A stretch of 42,611 nt of DNA from Flavobacteriales bacterium. GTDB taxonomy: Bacteria; Bacteroidota; Bacteroidia; Flavobacteriales_D; Sanyastnellaceae. A program made the translations under genes and the position numbers. The notes under the pieces are model-generated. The model was not told where the DNA came from and did not search any database. It saw only the letters and a list, made by a program, of their open reading frames with translations. Shown here piece after piece: positions 33,408 through 42,611 of the stretch (position 1 is its first letter; each line of letters starts with the position of its first letter). The stretch spans positions 1 through 42,611 of the forward strand of contig JAIYCK010000287.1 of NCBI GenBank assembly GCA_027488055.1, written 5' to 3'.

Positions 33408-34754
33408 ATGAGCAATAGTTATCAGATTCTTCATGGACAAATCGTAAATGAAGGCCAGATCGTGTACCGTGATCTTTTGATTGTGGATGGTTTTATCGAT
33501 CGAATCGCTTTGCCAGGAGAGCTTGGCAACTTGCCGGATTTTCCGATCATCGATGCAACAGGCTTACACATCCTTCCTGGTCTTATCGATGATCAAGTTC
33601 ATTTTAGGGAACCAGGCCTCACGCACAAAGGCGAGATAGCCACGGAAGCGGCCGCGGCAGTGGCTGGAGGTATTACCTCTTATATGGAAATGCCGAACAC
33701 GTCACCACCTGCAACGACCATCGAATTGTTGGAAGCGAAGTATCAACGTGCGTCGGAGGTATCGCTTGCGAACTATAGTTTTTTCATGGGAACTACCAAC
33801 GGCAATGTATCGGAATTGCTCAAGGTGAATCCGCTCGAAGTCTGCGGAATAAAAATATTTTTGGGCAGTAGCACGGGCGACATGCTTGTGGACGAAGAAG
33901 CGGCGCTAGATGAGATATTCAGCAAGGTGAAAATGCTCATCGCACTGCACTGCGAGGATGATCCAATGATCAAACAAAATTTACTAGCAGCACAAGCAAC
34001 TTATGGGGATGATATACCAGTGACGGAACATGGACGAATACGCAGTGCAGAGGCTTGTTATAGCTCCTCATCCAAAGCTGTAGCGAGGGCCAAGAAATTT
34101 GGGACGAGGCTTCATATTCTCCATATCAGCACAGCCATTGAGTTGGAATTGTTTGATGCCAATACACCATTGGAAGAGAAGCAGATCACCTCTGAGGCAT
34201 GTACCCATCATCTGTGGTTTACGGATGCCGATTATGCCACCAAGGGGAACTTGATCAAGTGGAATCCTGCAGTCAAAACCGAGCACGACCGAATGAATAT
34301 TCGGCAGGCAGTGATTGATGGTCGAATTGATGTGTTGGCCACCGACCATGCGCCCCATACATTGGAAGAAAAATCTCAGCCCTATAGTAAGGCCCCAAGC
34401 GGCGGGCCATTGGTTCAGCATAATTTGCTAGCTTTATTGGATCTATTCCACCAAGGGGTATTCAGTTTGGAATTGATCGTTCAGAAAGCCTGTCACAATG
34501 TGGCGGTACTCTTCCAGATCGACCGCAGAGGCTATATACGTAAAGGCTACCATGCCGACTTGGTATTGGTCAATCTACAGCAGCCATATCAAGTCACCAA
34601 AGAGTCCATTTTGTCTAAATGTGGTTGGTCTCCTTTCGAGGGTCACACCTTCCAGTCAAGTGTGTCATATACATTGGTCAATGGCGTCCTTGTGTACAAT
34701 CAAGGCGTATTGAATACCGGCATCAAAGGCCAGCGATTGCAATTCAACAGATGA
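33408..34754 (+). CDS. pyrC: Dihydroorotase (long, amidohydrolase-type)
   Basis: DDQVHFREPG metal-binding motif, ATDHAPH, and a length of 448 aa. Confidence 0.88.
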   Translation: MSNSYQILHGQIVNEGQIVYRDLLIVDGFIDRIALPGELGNLPDFPIIDATGLHILPGLIDDQVHFREPGLTHKGEIATEAAAAVAGGITSYMEMPNTSPPATTIELLEAKYQRASEVSLANYSFFMGTTNGNVSELLKVNPLEVCGIKIFLGSSTGDMLVDEEAALDEIFSKVKMLIALHCEDDPMIKQNLLAAQATYGDDIPVTEHGRIRSAEACYSSSSKAVARAKKFGTRLHILHISTAIELELFDANTPLEEKQITSEACTHHLWFTDADYATKGNLIKWNPAVKTEHDRMNIRQAVIDGRIDVLATDHAPHTLEEKSQPYSKAPSGGPLVQHNLLALLDLFHQGVFSLELIVQKACHNVAVLFQIDRRGYIRKGYHADLVLVNLQQPYQVTKESILSKCGWSPFEGHTFQSSVSYTLVNGVLVYNQGVLNTGIKGQRLQFNR

Positions 34755-35092
34755 GGAGAGCGTTCACATATGGATGGATCTGCCTCTTGTTCATCGTTGC
34801 ATGCCAAGAGGCAGCAGCTCCGCAAGTTTTAGAAAGTCAGAAAATGATCGATATTTTGACCGAAATCCGCATTCTAGAGGGCTCATATTCTGCAGTTGTA
34901 GGCAAGCCGGATACCCTGAAATCGTATATGTCAAAATATTATCAGTTGATTTTTGATCAATATCAAGTAAGTCCCGATTTTTATTACCAATCATACGATT
35001 ATTACATGGCGCATCCCGAGCAGATGGAGTGGATTGAAGACAGCGTGATCAATCGAATTTCGGATCGTTTGAATCGCTTACAACACCCTTGA
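34751..35092 (+). CDS. Small lipoprotein, DUF4296-like, 113 aa
   Basis: Its ATG overlaps the pyrC stop (ATGA at 34751-34754). Lipobox LLFIVAC. The pattern MIDILTEIRILEG...SYDYYMAHPEQMEWIEDSV resembles the DUF4296 family, which by my recollection often follows pyrC in Bacteroidota. Confidence 0.7.
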   Translation: MRRAFTYGWICLLFIVACQEAAAPQVLESQKMIDILTEIRILEGSYSAVVGKPDTLKSYMSKYYQLIFDQYQVSPDFYYQSYDYYMAHPEQMEWIEDSVINRISDRLNRLQHP

Positions 35093-36097
35093 AGGCTGGC
35101 GGCTATCAAAGTATTTTGCGGCAAACAAGATTTCTGGTTCCAAATCCCACGTGCGATTTGGCATAGCAGACATTAATTTTTGATTGTCGTAATAGAATTG
35201 AATCGATGCATTTTTCACCGTTTCGCGGGTAATGAGTGCTTTTTTTCCGGAAAGTAGTTCTTTCAGCCATTCGGCTATTCGGGCGATCTGCATGAGCATT
35301 GGACTTGCTAGTTTATTAGGGGCTGGACAGCCCAGTGCAGCCGCTACGTGTTGAAAAAGCCATTGCATACTTTCGCTTCGAGTCACTAAAATAAAGGCCT
35401 CGTTCTGTGCTTTGGAATGTGCGAGTTCTACCATGGCGAAGGCACAATCTTTGGCAGATATAAAACCCGTTCCACCGGGAGGATAATAGGCCAAACCTTC
35501 TTTGATTTTTTTGAAAACACTTGGACTACTTCGTTCAAATGAGCCGGCACCAATGATGAATCCGGGGTGGACGATCAAGGCTTCAATACCTTCTTGCACT
35601 CCTCTCCAAATTTCGAGATCAGAAAGGTGTTTGGTGATTCCATAATGGGTATTGAATGCAGAGTTCTTCCATTCGGCATTTTCGTTGAGTGTTTGCCCGG
35701 GGTTACTTTTTCCAAGCGATGCAATGCTGCTCACATGAATGATTTTGATTCCCCCCAGGGACAATGCCGCATTCACCACATTGGCGGTTCCTTGCACATT
35801 GGTTTCATACATGATTGCACGATCCGTGGAGTGATATGATACAATTGCTGCGGTATGATATACCGTGGAGCAGCCATCAAAGGCGCGGATCAAAGCATCG
35901 GTGTCTAACACGTCGCAGATTCGCCATTGAATGGATTGGATCTGTTCTTCGCTGAAACCCATAAATCGAAGCAGAGTCAAGCTTTCCTCTGTGCTTTCCA
36001 TGGATCTGCAACCAGCCACTACGGGCATCGCACGCTTTAGCAATTCACCAATGAGATGAGCACCTAACATGCCCGTGGCACCCGTGATAAAATTCAT
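35078..36097 (-). CDS. NAD-dependent epimerase/dehydratase family (extended SDR) protein
   Basis: Rossmann motif ITGATGMLGAHL and catalytic YxxxK (YGITKHL). Its 3' end overlaps the convergent lipoprotein gene by 15 bp. Confidence 0.85.
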   Translation of the reverse strand: MNFITGATGMLGAHLIGELLKRAMPVVAGCRSMESTEESLTLLRFMGFSEEQIQSIQWRICDVLDTDALIRAFDGCSTVYHTAAIVSYHSTDRAIMYETNVQGTANVVNAALSLGGIKIIHVSSIASLGKSNPGQTLNENAEWKNSAFNTHYGITKHLSDLEIWRGVQEGIEALIVHPGFIIGAGSFERSSPSVFKKIKEGLAYYPPGGTGFISAKDCAFAMVELAHSKAQNEAFILVTRSESMQWLFQHVAAALGCPAPNKLASPMLMQIARIAEWLKELLSGKKALITRETVKNASIQFYYDNQKLMSAMPNRTWDLEPEILFAAKYFDSRQPSRVL

Positions 36098-36150
36098 TGT
36101 GCTAAATTAGTGGAAGTCCTACCTCTTTTGTGTCAGGATGGGAAATCAAA

Positions 36151-38580
36151 TTATTTTGTGATGCAATTGCCATTGCGCACCACGGTGAACAATACATATG
36201 GTCTTGTTTTATTGAGGTCAGGAAATTCTTTGAGTCTTACACCTTTGCCAAGGATCACGTCGTCGTCGCTGCGCTGAATGATTTGAAGTGTGTAAGGGTC
36301 GTAGTAGGTAATTTCATAGCTATTGCATTGGCCCATGTTGGCAATGGTAGGAGCGATGCTATAGCGATATGGAATGTCGATCCACGGCATAAATGAGATG
36401 CCATCTATTCCATCCTTGAATTTGCTTTCCCATTGCGTGAGTATGGATTTTGAATCCAAGGCATGAAATTCCTTTACGGGCAAATTGGCGGGGTTCCAGG
36501 TACGGTTCATAAGGATTCCGAAAGCACAATATTTACCTGATGTATTATTTTTCATATACACCACTTCCATTCGCCGTGAATTGGGTGCGCTGCTTCCACC
36601 CTCATTCCAATCCACTGACCATGTGGTGTCTTGGGCGAGATCGGTCATGGGGAAAATGATTTCGTGCATGAATCGATTGACCTGACCAAACATTTTCCAT
36701 CGCGGATGCTCATACATCATACCCCAAGCCATACCCGAGGTTGCATATCCACCAAAGGCATTGCACCAAAGGTCTTTTTCAAACCAGGCATCATCCGTAT
36801 TCTGGGCGATATCGTTGCCATTTTCACTATGCACTACAGGCTTAGTTACACCGGGATATCCAAGATACTTGCGTTTGCCATTTGTGGAGGCTAGCGGACA
36901 TTGCAGCCGGTACCATTCGCTCGAGAAGGCCTCATCGTGATTGGTCCATTTTTTCCATCGATCGAATGCCGTGTCATAAGAGCTGTGTGCAATAATGTCG
37001 ATGTGAGGTGAAATCTGCGCGATGTCGAAATAGGGATCATCGCAAGGAGGGATCTTGCCATACATCTCGTTCATCATAGCTGTGCCGGTATAGGAGCATG
37101 CTACCAAATGTGATTGTTGTAAATCTTCTTTGATGAAACGAGCCATTTGATCTGACCATTGACCCACATGATACCGTGTTTGGGCAGTGTGCATGTAGTC
37201 AAGGCTTTCCGGGAGTTGGTTGATGAGCCAGCCCCACCAATCATCGGGGTTGCTGGGATCTCCTTGGCGATGGCCCACGTTGTTTGCTTCACTGAGAAGT
37301 TCCAAATGTAAAATGGAAGAGGAATACCCGTAACGAGCAAAGAAATACCTCAACTTCTTTTTATAGTAAGATTTGGATTCCTCAGAAGAAAAGAAAGAAG
37401 CGGGTTCAGCGTCGCATTTAGTTTTGCTTCGTTCCGTATAATAGCAATATCCTGAATTGCCTTCGTTCCAACGGTCTAGATCTGTCCAGTCCCAAGCGGC
37501 GCTAAAAGAATGGGTGAACTGTGTGTGAAGGAGCATACACAATTCCACCTTGAGGTCCAGTGTATCGGCTTTGTCCAAGAGTTGATCCAGCTCCCAAGCC
37601 ATGAATTGACGGTCGTGGTAGTTGTTTAATTTTTCAAATTCAAAGTCGTATGAAATGGGCGTGAGGATGGTTCGAAAGGCATTGGCTCCAGCCGCTTTCA
37701 GTGCTTCCATTTCTTCCAGCATTTTGATGAATGAAGCAGGATGCTCTACTTTTTTTCGGACATCAGTTGAAGGAGATCTCCAGAAACCTTGGCGCCATTC
37801 ATTGCGAAGTCCACAACAGGGATCATCGTTTCCGTCGTTGTAACAAGTTGCACAGTCCTTGTTGCTCCAGCCATTCACATCTTCCGAAGTGCGCAACTCA
37901 CAGGTACAGAAATGTGCGGTAAGCAGGTTTTGACCCACAGGAAAAAACAATTTACCATCGCTCCATTGGTAGTATCGATGATTTGGCGATAACTCTAAAG
38001 AACCCTCTGTAGGCGCGTTTGAAGTCGCCAAGAACGCGAAAGCCTTAGACTCGAAACTGCCATATCCTTGTACGTTGGCGAAAAGTTTGACATAATGCCA
38101 ACCCGCTTGTTTGGCTGCATAACGGAACCGAAATGGATGCGGTGTGGCGATGTCTTTCCATGTCCATGCATTCACATCTCCTTGTGTTATTCTTTCCATG
38201 TGCTGATAGAAAAAACCATTGATGCGGATGGACTTGCTTGATTGCGGCGTCCATATTTCAGCCCAAACATCCACTTGGTCGGGATCGTATGGATTGAGTC
38301 CGTTTTTACCGCCACCATTTTTTCGAAAGAAATCGGAGATGGCCATCATTGTTTTTTCATTCAAGCTCATGCTCCATTCGGTTTTCTCGTACATGCGCAC
38401 CTCAAATGTTTGAGGTTCATGCCAATGGCCATCGACAGGCTCCCCTTGAATAGTCCTGATTTGTGCAGGGTGCACTTTATCTGCATCGGGACATGGAGGC
38501 AGACCCAAGGGGTTTTGAGCCGCAGCATGCAGCGTGAGTATAAATTGGAGGAGCGCAAATACAGCTTGTTTGAATCTCAT
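36151..38580 (-). CDS. Secreted glycoside-hydrolase-like protein (DUF5060-type Ig-like N-domain + clan GH-A-like TIM barrel), 809 aa
   Basis: Signal peptide MRFKQAVFALLQFILTLHAAAQ. The DUF5060-like pattern is NPYDPDQVDVWAEIWTP...INGFFY...FRFRYAAKQAGWHYV. Candidate acid/base and nucleophile contexts are LELLSEANN and VVHSENGND. The start at 38580 is supported by a TATTTTTG box at 38603-38610. Confidence 0.6.
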   Translation of the reverse strand: MRFKQAVFALLQFILTLHAAAQNPLGLPPCPDADKVHPAQIRTIQGEPVDGHWHEPQTFEVRMYEKTEWSMSLNEKTMMAISDFFRKNGGGKNGLNPYDPDQVDVWAEIWTPQSSKSIRINGFFYQHMERITQGDVNAWTWKDIATPHPFRFRYAAKQAGWHYVKLFANVQGYGSFESKAFAFLATSNAPTEGSLELSPNHRYYQWSDGKLFFPVGQNLLTAHFCTCELRTSEDVNGWSNKDCATCYNDGNDDPCCGLRNEWRQGFWRSPSTDVRKKVEHPASFIKMLEEMEALKAAGANAFRTILTPISYDFEFEKLNNYHDRQFMAWELDQLLDKADTLDLKVELCMLLHTQFTHSFSAAWDWTDLDRWNEGNSGYCYYTERSKTKCDAEPASFFSSEESKSYYKKKLRYFFARYGYSSSILHLELLSEANNVGHRQGDPSNPDDWWGWLINQLPESLDYMHTAQTRYHVGQWSDQMARFIKEDLQQSHLVACSYTGTAMMNEMYGKIPPCDDPYFDIAQISPHIDIIAHSSYDTAFDRWKKWTNHDEAFSSEWYRLQCPLASTNGKRKYLGYPGVTKPVVHSENGNDIAQNTDDAWFEKDLWCNAFGGYATSGMAWGMMYEHPRWKMFGQVNRFMHEIIFPMTDLAQDTTWSVDWNEGGSSAPNSRRMEVVYMKNNTSGKYCAFGILMNRTWNPANLPVKEFHALDSKSILTQWESKFKDGIDGISFMPWIDIPYRYSIAPTIANMGQCNSYEITYYDPYTLQIIQRSDDDVILGKGVRLKEFPDLNKTRPYVLFTVVRNGNCITK

Positions 38581-38602
38581 GGGTGCAGGGCATTGATGCA
38601 TT

Positions 38603-38610
38603 CAAAAATA
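38603..38610 (-). promoter_or_regulatory. Candidate -7 box (TATTTTTG on the minus strand) for the glycoside-hydrolase-like gene
   Basis: CAAAAATA on the plus strand, 23 nt upstream of ATG 38580. Confidence 0.3.
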
Positions 38611-38654
38611 ATTCAATTGGTTGCGCGAGTTGACGCTTATGCTGTCATTTTTAT

Positions 38655-40484
38655 ATGATTCGGTTTAGTTTTGTGGTCTTGAAGGAACGCTCCGCTCATA
38701 TTGATCAAATTCTCAAGCGACTCGACCATAAACCGGGCGTCTATCAATATTATGACGAGCACGGTCAGATTCTATATATCGGCAAGGCCAAGAGCCTTAA
38801 GAATAGAGTGACCAGCTATTTCAATACCAATTCACATGAAAGTGGAAAGACTCGGATTTTGGTGCGCAAAATTGCCGATATTAAAACCATTGTCGTCGAG
38901 ACCGAATTGGATGCGCTGCTGCTGGAGAATTCACTCATAAAGAAGTATAAACCAAGGTACAATATCAATCTAAAAGATGATAAGACCTATCCGAGCATTG
39001 TGATTGTGAAGGAGCCCTTTCCACGCGTTTTTCCTACTCGCCAGCGAGAACACAAGAACAGCGAGTATTTTGGACCGTATGCTTCAGGCAAAATGATGCA
39101 CGCTGTTTTGGACTTGATCAAAAAGTTGTATCCCATACGGACATGCACCTTGCCGCTGTCGTCCAAAAATATTGAAGCGGGGAAGTTCAAGGTATGTTTG
39201 GAATATCATTTGGGCAATTGTTTGGGCCCTTGCGCTGGCAAACAAACTGAGGAATCATATGCATCAAGTATTCAAGGCATTCGGGATATTCTCAAAGGAA
39301 ATTATTCCGATTTGATTCGAGGGTACAAGAGACTGATGAATGATTGCGCGGCGCGATATGCGTTTGAAGAGGCTCAACAATATAAGACCCGCATCGATAC
39401 CTTGGAGCTCTTTCAAGCGCGCAGTACCATAGTGACTGCTGACATTCATAATGTGGATGTCTTTTCGTTGGTGAGCGATGCCAACGGCGGTTATGTCAAT
39501 TACATGAAGGTCAACAATGGAGTAATTGTGCAGAGCTACAGCACGGAGATCAAAAAGAAAATGGATGAGAGCGAAGAGGAGATGCTGACGTTCGCGGTCA
39601 TTCAAATAAGAGATATTTTTCATAGCACCAGTGATTTCATACTGGTTTCTCACGCATTGGATCTGCAATTAGAAGGTATTGATATTCATCTACCGCAGCG
39701 CGGAGACAAACGCAAGTTGATCGATCTTTCCCTGAAGAATAGCACTCAGTATATGCTTGATGCGCAGAAGCAAATTGAGTTGGTGGATCCAGAGCGGCAC
39801 ACCAATAGGATATTGCAAACGGTACAAAAAGACCTCCGACTTCAAACGCTGCCGGTCCACATCGAGTGTTTTGATAACAGTAACATTCAAGGAGCGCATG
39901 CAGTGAGTGCATGCGTGGTATTCAAGCAGGCGCGCCCCAGCAAGGCGGATTATCGCATCTTCAATCCTAAGACAGTTGAAGGGCCGAATGATTTCGACAC
40001 CATGAAGGAGGTGGTGTACCGCCGATACAAGCGGCTGCAAGAAGAGGGCGAGTCTTTGCCCCAATTGATCATTATTGACGGAGGCAAAGGCCAGTTGAGT
40101 GCGGCGCTTGAGAGTTTGGATGTATTGGGTTTGCGGGGAAAAATTGCCATCATTGGAATTGCCAAGAAGTTGGAAGAAATATATTTTCCAGGCGATTCGT
40201 TGCCCATTTATTTGGACAAGCGCAGCGAGACCCTCAAGCTCATACAGCAGCTGCGCGATGAGGCCCATCGTTTCGGAATCACGCGTCACCGCAATAAACG
40301 CAGCAAAGATGCCTTGCGCTCAGAGCTCACAGAGATCAAAGGCGTTGGAAATCATACTACTCAAACCTTGTTGGTTCATTTTGGGTCAGTGCATGCTATA
40401 AAGGAAGCGAGTTTGGAGGAGCTCGAAAAGGCTGTGAATAATCGCGCTGCGGGTATTGTGTATCGTTATTTTCATGGCCAATAA
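38655..40484 (+). CDS. uvrC: Excinuclease ABC subunit C
   Basis: GIY-YIG domain (KPGVYQYYDEHGQILYIGKAKSLKNRVTSYF), a UvrB-interacting region, an endonuclease V-like domain, and a C-terminal HhH (LTEIKGVGNHTTQTLL). The exact start is uncertain within the first ~10 codons. Confidence 0.93.
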   Translation: MIRFSFVVLKERSAHIDQILKRLDHKPGVYQYYDEHGQILYIGKAKSLKNRVTSYFNTNSHESGKTRILVRKIADIKTIVVETELDALLLENSLIKKYKPRYNINLKDDKTYPSIVIVKEPFPRVFPTRQREHKNSEYFGPYASGKMMHAVLDLIKKLYPIRTCTLPLSSKNIEAGKFKVCLEYHLGNCLGPCAGKQTEESYASSIQGIRDILKGNYSDLIRGYKRLMNDCAARYAFEEAQQYKTRIDTLELFQARSTIVTADIHNVDVFSLVSDANGGYVNYMKVNNGVIVQSYSTEIKKKMDESEEEMLTFAVIQIRDIFHSTSDFILVSHALDLQLEGIDIHLPQRGDKRKLIDLSLKNSTQYMLDAQKQIELVDPERHTNRILQTVQKDLRLQTLPVHIECFDNSNIQGAHAVSACVVFKQARPSKADYRIFNPKTVEGPNDFDTMKEVVYRRYKRLQEEGESLPQLIIIDGGKGQLSAALESLDVLGLRGKIAIIGIAKKLEEIYFPGDSLPIYLDKRSETLKLIQQLRDEAHRFGITRHRNKRSKDALRSELTEIKGVGNHTTQTLLVHFGSVHAIKEASLEELEKAVNNRAAGIVYRYFHGQ

Positions 40485-40553
40485 AAGGGCTTTACGAATG
40501 TGATAAATCTTTGATATTAACCCGCACTCCAATATCTTTACCCGCACAAGCTT

Positions 40554-41651
40554 ATGTCCAACGATTCAACGCAACACCGCTGTAAAGTATACCTTTCGGA
40601 TGAAGGGTTTGGGCATATCGTTCGTCAGCGCGCTGTAGTGGAGGAGCTTATGCGTGTGTTGCCAAGCACACAAGTCACGGTGCAAACAAGCGTGCAGGCG
40701 GAAACAGCGCAACGGTACATCGAGTGCGATCATTTCATCCGTCGTTTTAATAATATTCTATGGGATAAGCAGCCCAATGGTTCCCCCGATTTGCCAGCGA
40801 TCACCAAACGATTTTCAAGCTATCTCGAGACTTCGAATGATTATATCAAATCGGAATTGAGTGAATATGATTACGATTTTACAATCACCGATTTTGTGTA
40901 TGAGGCCTTTGAAGTGGCGGCATTAAAGCGAGTTCCTGCTTTTGGCATAGCACATTTTACGTGGGATTGGTTTTTTTGTAAACTATATCCACCGCCATTG
41001 CATATAGCTGTGGTGCGTCATTTTATGAAATTGGCGGAGCAAGCTACGAGGCTCTATTTTCCGCCATTCACTCCCGAAGAAATTTTACATTATCACAAAG
41101 GTAGAGCCAAGGAAGTACCGTTGATTTTGCGTCAGAGTATGTCGCCCAAAAAGCTATATGATGACAATCGTTTCAAAGTGTTGATCATGGACAGCGGTGC
41201 TGGAGTGCTTGCTGAGTCCATTCGCAAAGCCTTGCACACCGTCAAGGATTTAAGCGATTATACATTTTATGTATCGCAAAAATTGTACACCCAACAAGAC
41301 AATGTAAAAGCCATACCCACCGAAGAATTGATGGTGGACTATGTGGCTGATATGGATTTGGTCATAGGTCGCGCGGGATTCAATACCATCAGTGAATGTG
41401 TAGGGTTGCGCACTCCTATGTTGCTCATTGGTGAAGCAATGAATCCAGAGATGAATGAAAATATTTTGATGCTTAAACGGCAACATTTGGGCTCCTTCAT
41501 TTCTATGGACACCTTTGAGCGAGGATTAGACAAGTATTTACCTGCTTTCATTAAGCATGAGTATGCTTTTATCAAGGCAGAAATGCAACAACACGAGATA
41601 GCGACCAATGGCGCCGAGGTCATTGTGCAAGATATTTTAAATCATCTATGA
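40554..41651 (+). CDS. GT-B fold protein of the MurG/PseG/SpsG type (GT28 C-terminal-like)
   Basis: N-terminal GxGHxxR motif (DEGFGHIVRQRAVVEEL) and C-terminal VIGRAGFNTISECVGLRTPMLLI. Function is not assignable from sequence alone. Confidence 0.6.
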   Translation: MSNDSTQHRCKVYLSDEGFGHIVRQRAVVEELMRVLPSTQVTVQTSVQAETAQRYIECDHFIRRFNNILWDKQPNGSPDLPAITKRFSSYLETSNDYIKSELSEYDYDFTITDFVYEAFEVAALKRVPAFGIAHFTWDWFFCKLYPPPLHIAVVRHFMKLAEQATRLYFPPFTPEEILHYHKGRAKEVPLILRQSMSPKKLYDDNRFKVLIMDSGAGVLAESIRKALHTVKDLSDYTFYVSQKLYTQQDNVKAIPTEELMVDYVADMDLVIGRAGFNTISECVGLRTPMLLIGEAMNPEMNENILMLKRQHLGSFISMDTFERGLDKYLPAFIKHEYAFIKAEMQQHEIATNGAEVIVQDILNHL

Positions 41652-42202
41652 GAACCATTGCGATTATTCCAGCGCGGGGAGGGAGCAAGCGATTGCCCAA
41701 AAAAAATATTTTCCCTTGGCATAACAAGCCATTGATGGCATATACCATCGAAGTCTGCCAAGCGTGCCCTTTTATTGATGCGGTGTATGTAAGCAGCGAC
41801 GATGAGGAGATATTAGCGGTGGCGCAGCAATATGGTGCCATACCATTAGCACGCCCTGCGCATTTGGCAGATGACCATGTGCCTAAAATTGTGGCAGTGC
41901 GTCAGGCTAGTGAAGACCCCGCGGTTGGTATCCTTGATCGAGATGATATCATCATTGTGGCGCAAGCGAACTCGCCAACAATGCAAGCCACACAATTGGA
42001 GCAAGCATGGCAAATGATGCAAGCACACCATCTTTGGGAAGTCATGAGCACAAGTGCTGATGGAGTGCAGAATGCCGCATTTAGACTGGTGCGACAACAT
42101 GCTTTATACAATACATTTTTAAGCGCTCATTGCGGTTTTATAGTAGCGGAGAATCCAGACATTCATACCTTGGAAGACTTAGAAGCATTGGACAAGAAAT
42201 AG
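41648..42202 (+). CDS. Short acylneuraminate cytidylyltransferase-family protein (NeuA/PseF/SpsF-like), 184 aa
   Basis: MRTIAIIPARGGSKRLPKKNI signature. Its ATG overlaps the upstream stop (ATGA at 41648-41651). Confidence 0.8.
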   Translation: MRTIAIIPARGGSKRLPKKNIFPWHNKPLMAYTIEVCQACPFIDAVYVSSDDEEILAVAQQYGAIPLARPAHLADDHVPKIVAVRQASEDPAVGILDRDDIIIVAQANSPTMQATQLEQAWQMMQAHHLWEVMSTSADGVQNAAFRLVRQHALYNTFLSAHCGFIVAENPDIHTLEDLEALDKK

Positions 42203-42205
42203 AAA

Positions 42206-42556
42206 ATGATAAGTAGAATAAAATTAAATGGCGTCCATGCGCATGGTTTCCATGGTTGCTGGCCAGAAGAAGAAGTGGTAGGTGGTGCTTACATTATTGA
42301 CGTTGCAATTGACTACGATTTCACTGCCGCCGCACATGACGATGACTTGACCAAAACCATCGACTACGTCGCTATCAAGGAAATTATTTATAGCGAAATG
42401 GCAGTGCGTGCTAAGTTGATTGAGACGGTAGCTCACCGCACGCGAAATCGCATCATCCAATCGTTTCCAATGCAACGAGGCGTTTGGGTGAAGATCACCA
42501 AAGTAAATGCACCTATGGGAGGACATGTTGAGAATGTCAGCGTCGAAGTAGGTTAA
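42206..42556 (+). CDS. folB: Dihydroneopterin aldolase
   Basis: 116 aa. FHGCWPEEEVVGGAYIIDV and TIDYVAIKEII are typical of the FolB tunnelling fold. Confidence 0.85.
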   Translation: MISRIKLNGVHAHGFHGCWPEEEVVGGAYIIDVAIDYDFTAAAHDDDLTKTIDYVAIKEIIYSEMAVRAKLIETVAHRTRNRIIQSFPMQRGVWVKITKVNAPMGGHVENVSVEVG

Positions 42557-42611
42557 TACATAGATCAATGAACAAACAATTGCAATTGCGTTTTTTGGCT
42601 GAACCTGGCGA

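Noticed and set aside
34619-34750. Long form of the small-lipoprotein ORF, starting at 34619
   Set aside because: It overlaps the 3' end of pyrC by 136 nt in another frame. The internal ATG at 34751 gives a clean lipoprotein signal peptide and an ATGA stop/start junction.
38581-38601. Upstream start (MHQCPAP) for the glycoside-hydrolase-like ORF
   Set aside because: A TATTTTTG -7 box lies at 38603-38610, leaving no room for a promoter ahead of that start. ATG 38580 begins a canonical signal peptide.
39690-40289. 199-aa minus-strand ORF and neighbouring antisense ORFs within uvrC
   Set aside because: They are antisense to an unambiguous uvrC reading frame and have no motifs.
42568-42611. Possible start of a further plus-strand CDS (MNKQLQLRFLAEPG...) at the window edge
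   Set aside because: Only 14 codons are visible, so neither coding status nor identity can be judged.
1-42611. Search for CRISPR arrays, IS elements, integrases, tRNA/rRNA genes, toxin-antitoxin pairs or classical defence genes
   Set aside because: I saw none. The only repeats are intragenic coding repeats and short terminator palindromes. No transposase, recombinase or nuclease-type ORF is present in the six-frame track.

Overview
The window looks like a Bacteroidota chromosome segment. Three large secreted proteins end in type-A T9SS C-terminal sorting domains (YPNP... tails). TAnnTTTG (-7 type) boxes recur just upstream of start codons, and Shine-Dalgarno sites are largely absent. I call 27 CDS. 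No rRNA, tRNA, CRISPR array, transposase or integrase is visible.

About 20.5-42.6 kb is mostly ordinary housekeeping: radA, kynU, frr, pyrH, gltX, glnS, fbp, a GT2 polyprenol-phosphate mannose synthase-like gene, pyrC, uvrC and folB. It also holds an M43 metalloprotease T9SS cargo, a DUF5060-type glycoside-hydrolase-like protein, and a PseG/SpsG-like plus cytidylyltransferase pair.

The unusual part is about 3.5-20.4 kb, a roughly 17 kb envelope/secretome island:
- a LytTR response regulator and a propeller/Y_Y_Y LytS-type histidine kinase
- a hyper-acidic lipoprotein with a 45-bp tandem duplication
- a 1246-aa cysteine-rich mosaic T9SS cargo
- a 1657-aa PorU-like C25 (gingipain-fold) peptidase with an intact His/Cys dyad and a non-canonical extended C-terminal domain
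- a 1144-aa T9SS cargo with four tandem CBM20/48-like modules

Cargo 1 and the peptidase diverge from one 223-bp control region. The peptidase and cargo 2 converge on one bidirectional terminator. My leading hypothesis is a cargo-dedicated C25 processing/attachment module under local two-component control. This is inference only.

All functional calls rest on motif and architecture recognition by eye. No database search was run.
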